A stretch of DNA of 64,000 nucleotides from an uncultured virus (IMG/VR IMGVR_UViG_3300025174_000006) (IMGVR_UViG_3300025174_000006); one strand, 5' to 3'; positions 1-8,742 are shown, counted from the first letter of the stretch. Translations and numbers: made by a program. The notes: a model not told the origin generated them from the sequence alone.

Positions 1-129
1 AGACATATAATCAGAATTTTTTCTACACGAATGGTTTTAACTGAAAAAAGCATAGTTAAAAAAGTAACAATAGCTATTGAAAATAACGTAGGATTTAAAA
101 ATAGAATAAATAGTAATACTTTTTTTTAA
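1..129 (+). CDS. 3' end of a hypothetical protein (truncated by window edge), contains TRMVLTEK motif
   Basis: Frame 1 is open from base 1 to TAA at 127-129: RHIIRIFSTRMVLTEKSIVKK... Confidence 0.5.
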   Translation, partial: RHIIRIFSTRMVLTEKSIVKKVTIAIENNVGFKNRINSNTFF

Positions 130-146
130 AAATTCTCATTTTAAAA

Positions 147-177
147 TTTGCTGGATAGAAATAAATTCCTACATTTG
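147..177 (+). promoter_or_regulatory. Bacteroidota-type sigma70 promoter (-33 TTTG, -7 TAnnTTTG)
   Basis: TTTG at 147-150, TACATTTG at 170-177, 19-nt spacer, upstream of ORF 228. Confidence 0.65.
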
Positions 178-227
178 CAATCTCAATTAATTAAAATCAA
201 ATTAAACATTATCAAATCTTAAACATC

Positions 228-1025
228 ATGAAATTAAAATTAAACACTCTATTAGCTAAGACAGACCACTTAGCTACGTCTTACAAAAACTCTATTAAAG
301 ATTACATTGGTTTCTTCAAAGATAAACAATCCGCTTTTAAAGGCGAGAAGAAAACTTATGATCCAAAATCAGGGACAATCGACATTCCTTCTGAAAGAGG
401 AAATAAAATGGTTGTTACAACCGTAAAAGAAAAGCTTGACTGGTTAAAAGAAACCAATACCGAATATATTAATGCGTTATTTTCTCAGGAAGCTACAAAC
501 GCAAATGGATTAGCTAAAGCGAAACTTGCAATTGACGGAATTGAATTCGGAGAATTTTCTTCTCTTGAGCTTTTGCGTTTGAAATCTCTTATTGAAAACG
601 GTGAGCTTGAACAAATGTATGCCAACATTCCAGTTCGTGCTGACGATGAAGAATGGAATAAAACAGATGAAGACCAATACGTAGAAAGAGAAATCTTTGA
701 AGGTAAGAAACAAGAAGGGATTAAAAAATCCATCACAAAAGAAAGTTATATACTTTCTGACCCCAACATCAAAGAATTAAAAGATTCTTCTTCTTATAAG
801 CCACAAATGGCTTCTAAAGACACTATTATTGAACTTGGGGATTATTCTTATCAAAAATTTTCCGGTGAATGGTCTCACAGAGAAAGAGCAGAATTGCTTC
901 GCAGAAGAACAAAACTTTTGAGTGCTGTAATTGAAGCGTTGAAAATTGCAAATGAAGCAGAAGTAATTAATTCAAATATGACTGCAGATAAGTTGTTCAA
1001 TTTTTTACATACCGGTAAAATTTAA
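228..1025 (+). CDS. Conserved hypothetical protein (resembles the family I recall as DUF7873); candidate partner of the downstream ncRNA
   Basis: 265-aa ORF; motifs KLN.LLA, G.KKTY.PK, A.A.L.IDG, LL.LK, KFSG......ELL.R..KL..AV..A...AN recalled from that family. Confidence 0.6.
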   Translation: MKLKLNTLLAKTDHLATSYKNSIKDYIGFFKDKQSAFKGEKKTYDPKSGTIDIPSERGNKMVVTTVKEKLDWLKETNTEYINALFSQEATNANGLAKAKLAIDGIEFGEFSSLELLRLKSLIENGELEQMYANIPVRADDEEWNKTDEDQYVEREIFEGKKQEGIKKSITKESYILSDPNIKELKDSSSYKPQMASKDTIIELGDYSYQKFSGEWSHRERAELLRRRTKLLSAVIEALKIANEAEVINSNMTADKLFNFLHTGKI

Positions 1026-1031
1026 AAACTA

Positions 1032-1211
1032 ATGGACAAAGATAAACTTAATTGGGGATTGATTTCTTGGGTGTTGTATTCAATTAGTGCGTATGTTTTA
1101 CTAATACCATTTTTTGAATATTCCTTAAAAACACTGAGTGGTTCCATAATATTAGGTTTTTTCGGAAGTTTATTAAACATCATAATACAGTTATTAAATA
1201 AAAAAAATTAA
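1032..1211 (+). CDS. Small membrane protein, 59 aa (not in ORF track)
   Basis: ATG 1032 to TAA 1209-1211; MDKDKLNWGLISWVLYSISAYVLLIPFFEYSLKTLSGSIILGFFGSLLNIIIQLLNKKN, two hydrophobic segments. Confidence 0.6.
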   Translation: MDKDKLNWGLISWVLYSISAYVLLIPFFEYSLKTLSGSIILGFFGSLLNIIIQLLNKKN

Positions 1212-1213
1212 AC

Positions 1214-1292
1214 GTTCACTGCTGGAAGTTACAATATGTCGTACGTAACAGTTGCAAATTGAGTTAAATGGTTCCAGCGCCTCAAGGTGAAC
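1214..1292 (+). ncRNA. Compact structured RNA with a potential pseudoknot, family unassigned
   Basis: GTTCACT 1214-1220/GGTGAAC 1286-1292; GCTGGAA 1221-1227/TTCCAGC 1272-1278; GTTAC 1228-1232/GTAAC 1245-1249; TTGAG 1259-1263/CTCAA 1281-1285. Confidence 0.5.
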
Positions 1293-1325
1293 ACTTATTA
1301 AAATCGTTCTTTAAAATATTTAAAA

Positions 1326-1606
1326 TACTGACGGAGCGTGAACTTCATAATTAGCCTTACATTTAAAATTGCGGTTTTAATGTTGAGTCAGAAGCTTCAT
1401 AATCATGTTAAAAACGAATAGAAAATCAAGTAAAAAAGCAAGAAACTGGTGGTTCGAATCCACTCCCATCCTCTTTAAAAACAAAAAACAAGGACGGGCA
1501 GTTTGAGCGGGGAAACGCTTGTTAAATAAACTATAAACTTGGTTAATTTCTATTCATACATTTTCAGTAATGTACAGCCCCGGAGCTAGGATATATGCTA
1601 CGGGGC
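1326..1606 (+). ncRNA. Large ncRNA with a circularly permuted tRNA-like domain (YrlA-like topology)
   Basis: T arm GGTGG-TTCGAAT-CCACT 1448-1464 comes before a loop-closed acceptor stem CCCATCCT/AGGACGGG and D arm GTTT-GAGCGGGG-AAAC; enclosed by long stems; boxA-like GTTCTTTAA at 1306-1314; 3' GC hairpin 1577-1606. Confidence 0.7.
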
Positions 1607-1610
1607 ATTT

Positions 1611-1712
1611 GGGAAAATACGAGAATTGGTATATCGGCTATGAAAAAGAAATCCGCAAAGCTTTTTTTAGTGACCGAAAGGTGTAGGGGTTCGATGCCCT
1701 TTTTTCCCACCA
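1611..1712 (+). tRNA. Type II (Leu-like) tRNA with an aberrant 33-nt anticodon arm; anticodon not assignable
   Basis: Acceptor GGGAAAA/TTTTCCC, discriminator A, encoded CCA 1710-1712, D arm CGA-GAATTGGTATA-TCG, variable arm ACC-GAAA-GGT, T arm AGGGG-TTCGATG-CCCTT. Confidence 0.7.
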
Positions 1713-1716
1713 AATA

Positions 1717-2121
1717 ATGAACACAGAAGAACAAGAAATAATAAAAGAATTCTCAATTCTTGAAGATTGGATGGAAAAATACGACCATCTTATCAAACTT
1801 GGAAAATCCATGAAAACCATGGATGAAAATAATAAAATCGATGAAAATTTAATTAAAGGATGCCAGAGCCGAGTTTGGTTGCATTCTGAATTTTTGAATG
1901 ACAAAGTTATTTTCACTGCGGATAGTGATACTACAATTACAAAAGGAATGGTTTCAATGCTGGTAAGAGTTTTTTCTAACCGGACCGCATTAGAAATTAT
2001 AAATGGTAATCTTGATTTTATTTCCGAAATAGGATTAATGCAACACATTTCACCAACCAGGAGCAATGGTTTAGTTAGTATGTTCAAACAAATGAAGAAC
2101 GACGCTCGTGAATTTATTTAA
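1717..2121 (+). CDS. sufE: SufE-family Fe-S cluster sulfur acceptor
   Basis: DW.EKY..LI.LGK, IKGCQSRVWL (catalytic Cys), F.ADSD..ITKG, SPTRSNGL. Confidence 0.9.
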   Translation: MNTEEQEIIKEFSILEDWMEKYDHLIKLGKSMKTMDENNKIDENLIKGCQSRVWLHSEFLNDKVIFTADSDTTITKGMVSMLVRVFSNRTALEIINGNLDFISEIGLMQHISPTRSNGLVSMFKQMKNDAREFI

Positions 2122-2318
2122 TCTATTCTATTAGAGTGGTGATGTGGATTTGATTTCCTTTTTTCTTTAACATCTTCTTTATAAGCCTTTTTTGCATCTT
2201 TCATGTGCTGAGATACATTCTGATTATTTATAGATATTGCATCATTAGACATTGCATCCTCATAACCTTTCTTATATAAATAAGCTGCGATAAAATTCGT
2301 CTTATATTCTTTTTCCAT
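2118..2318 (-). CDS. Hypothetical protein
   Basis: 66-aa ORF in the minus-strand gene run. Confidence 0.5.
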   Translation of the reverse strand: MEKEYKTNFIAAYLYKKGYEDAMSNDAISINNQNVSQHMKDAKKAYKEDVKEKRKSNPHHHSNRID

Positions 2319-2375
2319 TTTATCATGTTTTAGTTCCGGTGATAAATAGAAGAAAATTGGAAATTCCGTGATTAT

Positions 2376-2696
2376 TTATTCGTTTTTTCTATTTTTTATA
2401 GAATTAAACAACTCAAGTTGCCCCTTCATAAGTTCTACATCTTTGCAATATTCGAACAATTCAAGGTCTATTAAAGTGTCGAGTGTTTTTTGTAAGAATT
2501 TCTCAGCATCTTTTTTGCTGGTATTAGAAACCCATTCAGTAAACCAACCTGGATTTTTCCATTCTTTAACTGTTCTAATAATGATTTGAGATAATATCTC
2601 AATAATACGCTCTTCAGATATGTTTCTATCATTAGCTTCGCGTTGCAACTCTTCTGTTGAAACGTTTTCATCTTTAGGGTTTAGTGCCATGTTCAT
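2376..2696 (-). CDS. Hypothetical protein
   Basis: 106-aa ORF, typical composition, packed in operon. Confidence 0.6.
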   Translation of the reverse strand: MNMALNPKDENVSTEELQREANDRNISEERIIEILSQIIIRTVKEWKNPGWFTEWVSNTSKKDAEKFLQKTLDTLIDLELFEYCKDVELMKGQLELFNSIKNRKNE

Positions 2697-2708
2697 TTTA
2701 ATAAATTA

Positions 2709-2909
2709 TTACTTACTTTCACAACCACATATATCACATTTATAGTAATCATTATGTGAATCATGACCATCATATTTCATTGCATCCAAGCCACTTACAT
2801 GCGCATGAGCACAAACTTCTCGAAATGCGTTTATTGCATTATCAATTTTTTTAACTCGTTCAAGCAATGTTGACTTTTCGATTTCTAATTTTTTAATTTC
2901 TTCTTTCAT
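2709..2909 (-). CDS. Small coiled-coil plus Zn-ribbon protein
   Basis: C.H...H....C..C pattern after an N-terminal coiled coil. Confidence 0.6.
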   Translation of the reverse strand: MKEEIKKLEIEKSTLLERVKKIDNAINAFREVCAHAHVSGLDAMKYDGHDSHNDYYKCDICGCESK

Positions 2910-2910
2910 G

Positions 2911-3888
2911 TTATTGTAAATTTATTATGCTTTTTATTTTAGTATAATCAAAATCTATAATAAATAAAAAATTATATCCATTTTTTATTGTATTTCTTCT
3001 TTTTGAAAAGTTTTTCTTTAAATCATATCTTAAAGTATAAAGTGATTTTATTTCAATAATTAAATTATATTTTGGAAGTAAAAAATCTGAATAATAACAT
3101 CTTTCTTTATTATCAAAAAAATATTTAATAGATTTTCCTTTTTCAACTTGTATTTTATTGTTAATGCAAAAATCTAAAAAATCTTTTTCATTTAAACCTT
3201 GATACTTTAATCCAGTACCAATATGTATTCTATTTCTAAAAGCGTTTTTTAAACTTTTTTGATGTATTTTATCATTGTGCATTGCGCTTTTAACGCCATA
3301 CCTTTTTAAATTTGTTTCTTCTAATCTTGAAATCTGTAAATCTCTTAAATATTGTGGTCTATCTTTTTTAGTTTTTGAAGTTCTTTTAATTATTTCATCT
3401 TTTTCTTCAAATGATTTATTGTTTACTGTAATTTTCGTTTTTTCTTTATTGTTGAAGTTTTTGTCACCATATTTTTTTTCTTTAATTATGCTGTGTTTTT
3501 CTCTTTCATTTTTATCTGAAAAATTGCTTACATAACCATATTTCTTTAAATTTGTATTTTTTGCTTTTTCTATATTAACATAATTCTCATCACCATATTT
3601 TTCAAATAATGTGTTTTTATTCTTTCTTAAATTGTGTGCACATTGTTCAGAACAAGAATATAAATTATATTTTTTTATGTTTTTTAAATAATGTCTATAT
3701 TGTATATTTTTTTTATTTCCACAACAATCACATTGTACATCAATTCGTGAATGACTGTTTGGTGAAAGGTCTTCAACTTTAACAGTTATATTAATACCAG
3801 CAGTTTCAAAATCATATCCTTTATTTTGATAATATTTTAATAATGTATTGTTTGATATTCTTGTATTTGCTTTTGTGCTTAAAATCAT
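2911..3888 (-). CDS. Free-standing homing-type endonuclease (TNLKKYG repeats, C-terminal PD-(D/E)XK nuclease)
   Basis: VQCDCCG Zn site, repeated T(N/L)..KYG units, YYSDF...IIEIKS; likely start MILSTK at 3888 after a TATTTAT motif. Confidence 0.7.
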   Translation of the reverse strand: MILSTKANTRISNNTLLKYYQNKGYDFETAGINITVKVEDLSPNSHSRIDVQCDCCGNKKNIQYRHYLKNIKKYNLYSCSEQCAHNLRKNKNTLFEKYGDENYVNIEKAKNTNLKKYGYVSNFSDKNEREKHSIIKEKKYGDKNFNNKEKTKITVNNKSFEEKDEIIKRTSKTKKDRPQYLRDLQISRLEETNLKRYGVKSAMHNDKIHQKSLKNAFRNRIHIGTGLKYQGLNEKDFLDFCINNKIQVEKGKSIKYFFDNKERCYYSDFLLPKYNLIIEIKSLYTLRYDLKKNFSKRRNTIKNGYNFLFIIDFDYTKIKSIINLQ

Positions 3889-3938
3889 AAAATATACTTT
3901 TTTATAAATAGTATATTTTATACATAACACACTAACAA

Positions 3939-4154
3939 TCAATCATTTTTTATTCGTTTAAGTATTTGTTCATTTGTTTGTAAATCACTACTACTTACAT
4001 CGTCTCCAATTATGTAATCTTGCCAACCTATTTCATAAGCTTTTTTTAATAAAGGACTTTCATTAAAAGATAAAATATTTGTATCATCACCAGAAAAGCA
4101 ATCATCCCATCCTAATTTATATGCCTGTAATATTATTTCTTTTTCTTCATCCAT
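3939..4154 (-). CDS. Hypothetical protein (AY..GW.D repeated twice)
   Basis: 71-aa ORF overlapping neighbours in operon style. Confidence 0.6.
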   Translation of the reverse strand: MDEEKEIILQAYKLGWDDCFSGDDTNILSFNESPLLKKAYEIGWQDYIIGDDVSSSDLQTNEQILKRIKND

Positions 4155-4605
4155 TATTTTCTAATTTTTCAGTCAAAACTTTTCTTTCTAAAGAAACACC
4201 TCCCATATTTTCTATTTTCACAATAAGAGCATTTGCATTTAAAATAATTTCTTCCAACTCTTCAAGTTTTTTTATTATAGATTCACAATAAAGTTTATAC
4301 GCCAAAAAAGGACTGTCATATTTTTCAACATTACTATTTGGAGCAGTCCAAAATAAGGGGCAAGATTTCTCGCCAGAAAAATCCATTGCAAAAAAACTAT
4401 TATCAGCAGAGAAAAAAAGTATTTTATTATTGCTTGTTATACGAAATTCTTTCAAACCTTTAACTTCTTCACATTTAGCTTCTTCAATTCCAAGCCTATT
4501 TAATGCATTAATTATTCTTGGATAAATTTGCTGAGCCATCAATTCAGCTAAATATATATTTTTAGGGTCGCTTCTATATAATTTATTTTGTAAATCTGTA
4601 GCCAT
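4147..4605 (-). CDS. Hypothetical protein with C-terminal RKVLTEK motif
   Basis: 152-aa ORF coupled to neighbours. Confidence 0.65.
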   Translation of the reverse strand: MATDLQNKLYRSDPKNIYLAELMAQQIYPRIINALNRLGIEEAKCEEVKGLKEFRITSNNKILFFSADNSFFAMDFSGEKSCPLFWTAPNSNVEKYDSPFLAYKLYCESIIKKLEELEEIILNANALIVKIENMGGVSLERKVLTEKLENNG

Positions 4606-5252
4606 TATTTAGAAAGTTCTTTTAACTTGTTTTCTAATTCAATTTTAAATGTAAGATATTTTTCTCGGAAGTATTCCCATTCTGTTTCATCACATTCGTT
4701 TATTTCTTTATGAAGATAATTTGCAGCTGTAAAATCCACTATTTTTCCATATTCCATAATTTGGATTGCAAAAATAAGCATTTTAAGTGAATGAAATATA
4801 CTTTTTAATGCACGATATATATCCCCTTCATTAAGTTTATGTTTTCCACCTCTCCAGCTGTTAAATGATTGAGCTATAATATTTTTAGCAAGCTTCTTTT
4901 TGTTTAAAACAAATTTCAAACTTTCTTTTTCCTGGAACCTTGCCCATGTCGGAGAAAAGAAACACTCAAGGTTCATGATGTCATGATTTTCTAAATCACG
5001 TTTGAATTTATCCGGAGTAATAACATGAATATTGAGACGACAATTATCTATTTCTGCTGTCATTTCGTTATGTTCTAATAGTGCAGCTCCAATAATTATA
5101 ATATCGTAATCAGAATCTACTCTATTGTTAGAGTATACTCTTGATCCATATAAAAATATGTTTCTTATTTTAATAGGATGAATTCCGGCTTTTTCTATGA
5201 TTTCTGCAACCGTAAATGGAATATCAAATATTGTACGTGTTGTTGTGTTCAT
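4605..5252 (-). CDS. Pol-beta-superfamily nucleotidyltransferase domain protein
   Basis: LYGSRVY...DSDYDIII signature. Confidence 0.75.
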   Translation of the reverse strand: MNTTTRTIFDIPFTVAEIIEKAGIHPIKIRNIFLYGSRVYSNNRVDSDYDIIIIGAALLEHNEMTAEIDNCRLNIHVITPDKFKRDLENHDIMNLECFFSPTWARFQEKESLKFVLNKKKLAKNIIAQSFNSWRGGKHKLNEGDIYRALKSIFHSLKMLIFAIQIMEYGKIVDFTAANYLHKEINECDETEWEYFREKYLTFKIELENKLKELSK

Positions 5253-5631
5253 TTTTATATTTTTCGGTTAATACTTTTCTATCATTTAAAAATTGCAACG
5301 GAACCTTACTTAATGTGACGTAATAGATTTTCCACTTTTCAGTTTTATCATTAAAAAAGAATGAAATAGTTCCAATCTTATCATGAGAAATATATTTAGA
5401 ATTATTTAAATTATTTTTATAATTAAAAGGCTCACTTATAAAAAAATAAATTTGTCTTCCATTTTTATCTCTTCTTATTGATTTATCTTTTTCAAAATAT
5501 CCAATATTTTTATTGTTAAAATATACAAAATAAAGATTCCAAATTTTAGAAGGCCTTACTTCAAATTCTTTTAATTTGTGTTTTTTACATACAAAATACG
5601 GATAAACTTGTTTCATGATATTAATTATCAA
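5224..5631 (-). CDS. Hypothetical protein with near-C-terminal RKVLTEK motif
   Basis: 135-aa ORF. Confidence 0.55.
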   Translation of the reverse strand: MIINIMKQVYPYFVCKKHKLKEFEVRPSKIWNLYFVYFNNKNIGYFEKDKSIRRDKNGRQIYFFISEPFNYKNNLNNSKYISHDKIGTISFFFNDKTEKWKIYYVTLSKVPLQFLNDRKVLTEKYKNEHNNTYNI

Positions 5632-6157
5632 ACCAAAAAACTATCCTTACATCATCCAAATTTCCAAGTTCTGACAATTCTTCAATATGTTTACAAAAAG
5701 TACCATCCGGACCACCAATAATGTCATAATAAGTTTTGTCTTCCCAATCTTCATCATACTCTCGTGGAAATGATATTTTTTCGAATATAACATTCCTTGA
5801 ATTTGTAGAAAATTCCTGTTCTGGTGTTCTTAAATCTTGATTAAAATCAAATTCAACCAATTCTCTAAGCGTTACAAAAGAAATAGTATGACCATCACCT
5901 TCCCATCCTATCCAGTTGCTTTTAACTGCAATAGAAACATCAATCGGCAATTTATAAGAAGGCTCTTTTATTGGTTTTACGTTACTTCTAACACCAGCTA
6001 AAAAACCAAACATACTATAAGAGCGCCAATCAAAAGGTGAACTGGATTTTTCCGTATCAAAACTATATGATGGAGTAAAATGTTTACCGGTAAATAATTC
6101 CCATTTACATTTACCGTTTTTTCTTGTTTCAACGTGAATATGAATATCAGCTCCCAT
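5621..6157 (-). CDS. Conserved phage hypothetical protein
   Basis: MG.DIH..VE, R.Y..F..LAGVR, GH..S..TL.EL, RIVFWFDN pattern familiar from phage proteins. Confidence 0.7.
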   Translation of the reverse strand: MGADIHIHVETRKNGKCKWELFTGKHFTPSYSFDTEKSSSPFDWRSYSMFGFLAGVRSNVKPIKEPSYKLPIDVSIAVKSNWIGWEGDGHTISFVTLRELVEFDFNQDLRTPEQEFSTNSRNVIFEKISFPREYDEDWEDKTYYDIIGGPDGTFCKHIEELSELGNLDDVRIVFWFDN

Positions 6158-6843
6158 TATTTTAAAATATTTACTTTTTCAATTAAAACATTTCTTGAAT
6201 ATGTATTTGCTTTTAAAATATAATAGTTTAACATATCTTCATATTTATCATGCTTTCTATCTAAATATACACTCGCATCTTTATATAACCAATTTAAAAT
6301 ACTCATAATTTGTTGATTACCTTTTTTATAAACTCTATATATCATTTTCATTTTTCCATATCCAAGGACAATATTTGTTTCTTTCAAAAATATATCATAA
6401 ATTTTTTTCATAAGCTGTTCAGTTCCAACAATACTAAATTGATAACGTCTATAATTTTTATCCATCGTATAACAAATAGAACCATCTCCATCAAACAAAC
6501 CTCTAATAAAATGCCTATATAAATGCTCTTTTATAATAGGAAATTTAGCTATTTTACTTTTTCTTGGAACGACTCCATAGTTGTTTAAATTGTTTATTAT
6601 TTCTTTTTTTGTACAACTGAAATAATATATAGGCCCAAATCCATGGTCTGTAATTGAAATTGGTTTTTCATCTATATAAATTAATTTAGATAACTTTTCT
6701 AAGTGTCCCTTATCTTTAATATTAACTCTTAAATTCTTATTTCCAATATTACAACCATCAGCAAGAATAAATCCTAACCAATATGCTTCTTCTTCTGTAT
6801 TTATATTTTTAAATACATTTTTGTTATATTCATATTTTTTCAT
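6157..6843 (-). CDS. LAGLIDADG homing endonuclease, free-standing
   Basis: AYWLGFILADG and FIRGLFDGDGS motifs; LYKDA..YL.RK tail. Confidence 0.85.
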   Translation of the reverse strand: MKKYEYNKNVFKNINTEEEAYWLGFILADGCNIGNKNLRVNIKDKGHLEKLSKLIYIDEKPISITDHGFGPIYYFSCTKKEIINNLNNYGVVPRKSKIAKFPIIKEHLYRHFIRGLFDGDGSICYTMDKNYRRYQFSIVGTEQLMKKIYDIFLKETNIVLGYGKMKMIYRVYKKGNQQIMSILNWLYKDASVYLDRKHDKYEDMLNYYILKANTYSRNVLIEKVNILK

Positions 6844-6950
6844 GTTAATAAATATGGAAAAAATAATTAGTTACAACCCATCACAACCCACAATAACAAT
6901 TAAACATAATTTGTGTTTTTTTTTCTTGCAAATGTAAAAAAAAAATTTGA

Positions 6951-7005
6951 TAATATTTATTAAAAGCTAATAAAAATAGCAAAGATATTTAAGATACGAC
7001 TTAGG
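6951..7005 (+). repeat. Diverged direct repeat copy A, at the tnpB 3' side
   Basis: Aligns to 8811-8864 with 9 transitions and one gap. Confidence 0.75.
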
Positions 7006-7026
7006 AGTTCCAAAAAACATAGAGAC

Positions 7027-8583
7027 TTATAGAAAGAGCATAGTTTTCACTTTGCTTTTTTCTGTTTTATTCTGTGCGTTTTGCTGAAACAAATAATTGT
7101 TCTTATTTGCCCTACGAACACTCTTCTTCGTAAGTTGGAGGCGTTTACACATTTCTTTCCAAGAACTTATGTTCTGTAATTCGTTATAATCCATCTGTGT
7201 GATATTACTCACGTTGGTTATAACTCCTTCATGGAAAGAAGGCATAAACTTTCCTCCTTTAATATATTTTATCATCCCTCTCCTACAAATCTCAATGCTT
7301 GCTGCGATTGGATCAAATGTATTATAATTTATATTTCCGATAAAACTCGAATAACATGGGTTTATCTCAATCTTCTTTATTCCATAAAATGAACACCACT
7401 TATCTGAAAGTTGAGCAATTAAATTTCGACACCAGATATTGTTTATCTGTCTATTTGAATTCTTATTTCCATTGTCTTTACCAGAAATGTTGGTTAGTTC
7501 CTCAATAACAAAATTACACGTATGATAATGTTCTAGTTCTGAAAAAAGATTTTTTATTGCAATTGACAATTCATGTTTTCTTTTGTCTGAAGACACTTCT
7601 TTTTCTGAGAGTTTTACGAAATCAATAAATCCTTTTTTTATTATCTTAAAATCACCTTCCAATGAACTACTTAATTCATTTTTGTCACAAATTGAATAAC
7701 CGATTCCTTTTGGATTTAAATCTATTCCACAATATCTATTTTGCATTTTTATACCAAACATGCGTTGTTCGTGATCTCTGTGTGCTTGTGAAATAAGTTG
7801 TTTTCGTTCGGTTTTATCTGTAACGTGTTTTATGTCTTTATAGAGTTGTTTTTCGTTAAACCATTTTCCACTAATCCTACTTTCTTCATATGTGATACAA
7901 ATGTATGTTGAAGTCAATTTAATTGTAACAGGTATTTCTTTTTGCTGACACAACAAAGCAATAATTTTTAATATTCCTTTTTGTTTTTGTGTTGCATAAA
8001 ACGAAATGTTAACTTTTCTTTTTGAATTTTCATATTTAAAAATAACATTTCCATTTCCGAGTTCTTTTAAATTAAAAAAACGGTTACCTTTGCTGGCTGA
8101 ATCTCCATAAAAAGTAATTGGCAACAATCTATTTTCTTTAAATTTCTGTTTGTTTTTTAAATATAATTCTGGATTAGAAATCTTTTGTTTTGTTATAACT
8201 TGCAATAATTTTCTCCCGCCAAAAACAACATTCAAATTTAAAGACTTGTTTAAAGAAGAAATTTTTCTTTGCAATTTTTTCTTTAAATTTGGTTTTGTTT
8301 CGTTTTTAAGTTTTTCATGCAATTTAATAATATTCTTGTTAATCCTTTCTTTGTTGGATTTCTCTCGTTCTTTAAAAGCGATTACTTCTTTTATAAGATA
8401 ACTATATGCTTTATTTGAGTGAATGTGTTTAGAAATAATTTCATCGATAAAATTCTTATCCTCAATTAACTCAATATTGCGATACATTTTTCTGAAGGCA
8501 ATCGAATATTGTTTTTGTAAAGAAATGATAAACTCTTTGTCTTCTTGATTGATGTTTGTTATTTTGAGTTTAAGGGTTAACAT
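7027..8583 (-). CDS. tnpB: TnpB-like RNA-guided nuclease (IS200/IS605/IS607 accessory protein), no adjacent transposase
   Basis: VVFGG and GNR.F motifs; RuvC GIDLNP, FVIEEL, FDPIAAS; INPCYSS.IG. Confidence 0.8.
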   Translation of the reverse strand: MLTLKLKITNINQEDKEFIISLQKQYSIAFRKMYRNIELIEDKNFIDEIISKHIHSNKAYSYLIKEVIAFKEREKSNKERINKNIIKLHEKLKNETKPNLKKKLQRKISSLNKSLNLNVVFGGRKLLQVITKQKISNPELYLKNKQKFKENRLLPITFYGDSASKGNRFFNLKELGNGNVIFKYENSKRKVNISFYATQKQKGILKIIALLCQQKEIPVTIKLTSTYICITYEESRISGKWFNEKQLYKDIKHVTDKTERKQLISQAHRDHEQRMFGIKMQNRYCGIDLNPKGIGYSICDKNELSSSLEGDFKIIKKGFIDFVKLSEKEVSSDKRKHELSIAIKNLFSELEHYHTCNFVIEELTNISGKDNGNKNSNRQINNIWCRNLIAQLSDKWCSFYGIKKIEINPCYSSFIGNINYNTFDPIAASIEICRRGMIKYIKGGKFMPSFHEGVITNVSNITQMDYNELQNISSWKEMCKRLQLTKKSVRRANKNNYLFQQNAQNKTEKSKVKTMLFL

Positions 8584-8586
8584 AAC

Positions 8587-8742
8587 TTATTTGTTATTGT
8601 TTTTTAAATCATTTTCCATAAATTGTCTAATCCGTTCAGACATATTATATTCATTATTCATACAAAAAATTCTATAATTATTTTTGAGATTTTTGTTAAC
8701 TCGAATGATTAGCAATTTATTTTCTTTCTCTTTTGTTTTCAT
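8587..8742 (-). CDS. Ribbon-helix-helix DNA-binding protein, coupled to tnpB
   Basis: LIIRVNKNLK...NMSERIRQFM; likely start MKTKEK at 8742 just after TATATTTATA. Confidence 0.65.
   Translation of the reverse strand: MKTKEKENKLLIIRVNKNLKNNYRIFCMNNEYNMSERIRQFMENDLKNNNK

Noticed and set aside
1439..1521. Ordinary tRNA or two-piece tmRNA
   Set aside because: Arms are in permuted order with no CCA after the acceptor strand; no G3.U70 Ala determinant or tag ORF recognised. A covariance-model search is needed to exclude tmRNA fully.
6157..6843. Intron- or intein-encoded endonuclease
   Set aside because: It has its own start, stop and upstream motif; flanking genes are not split and no intein termini were seen.
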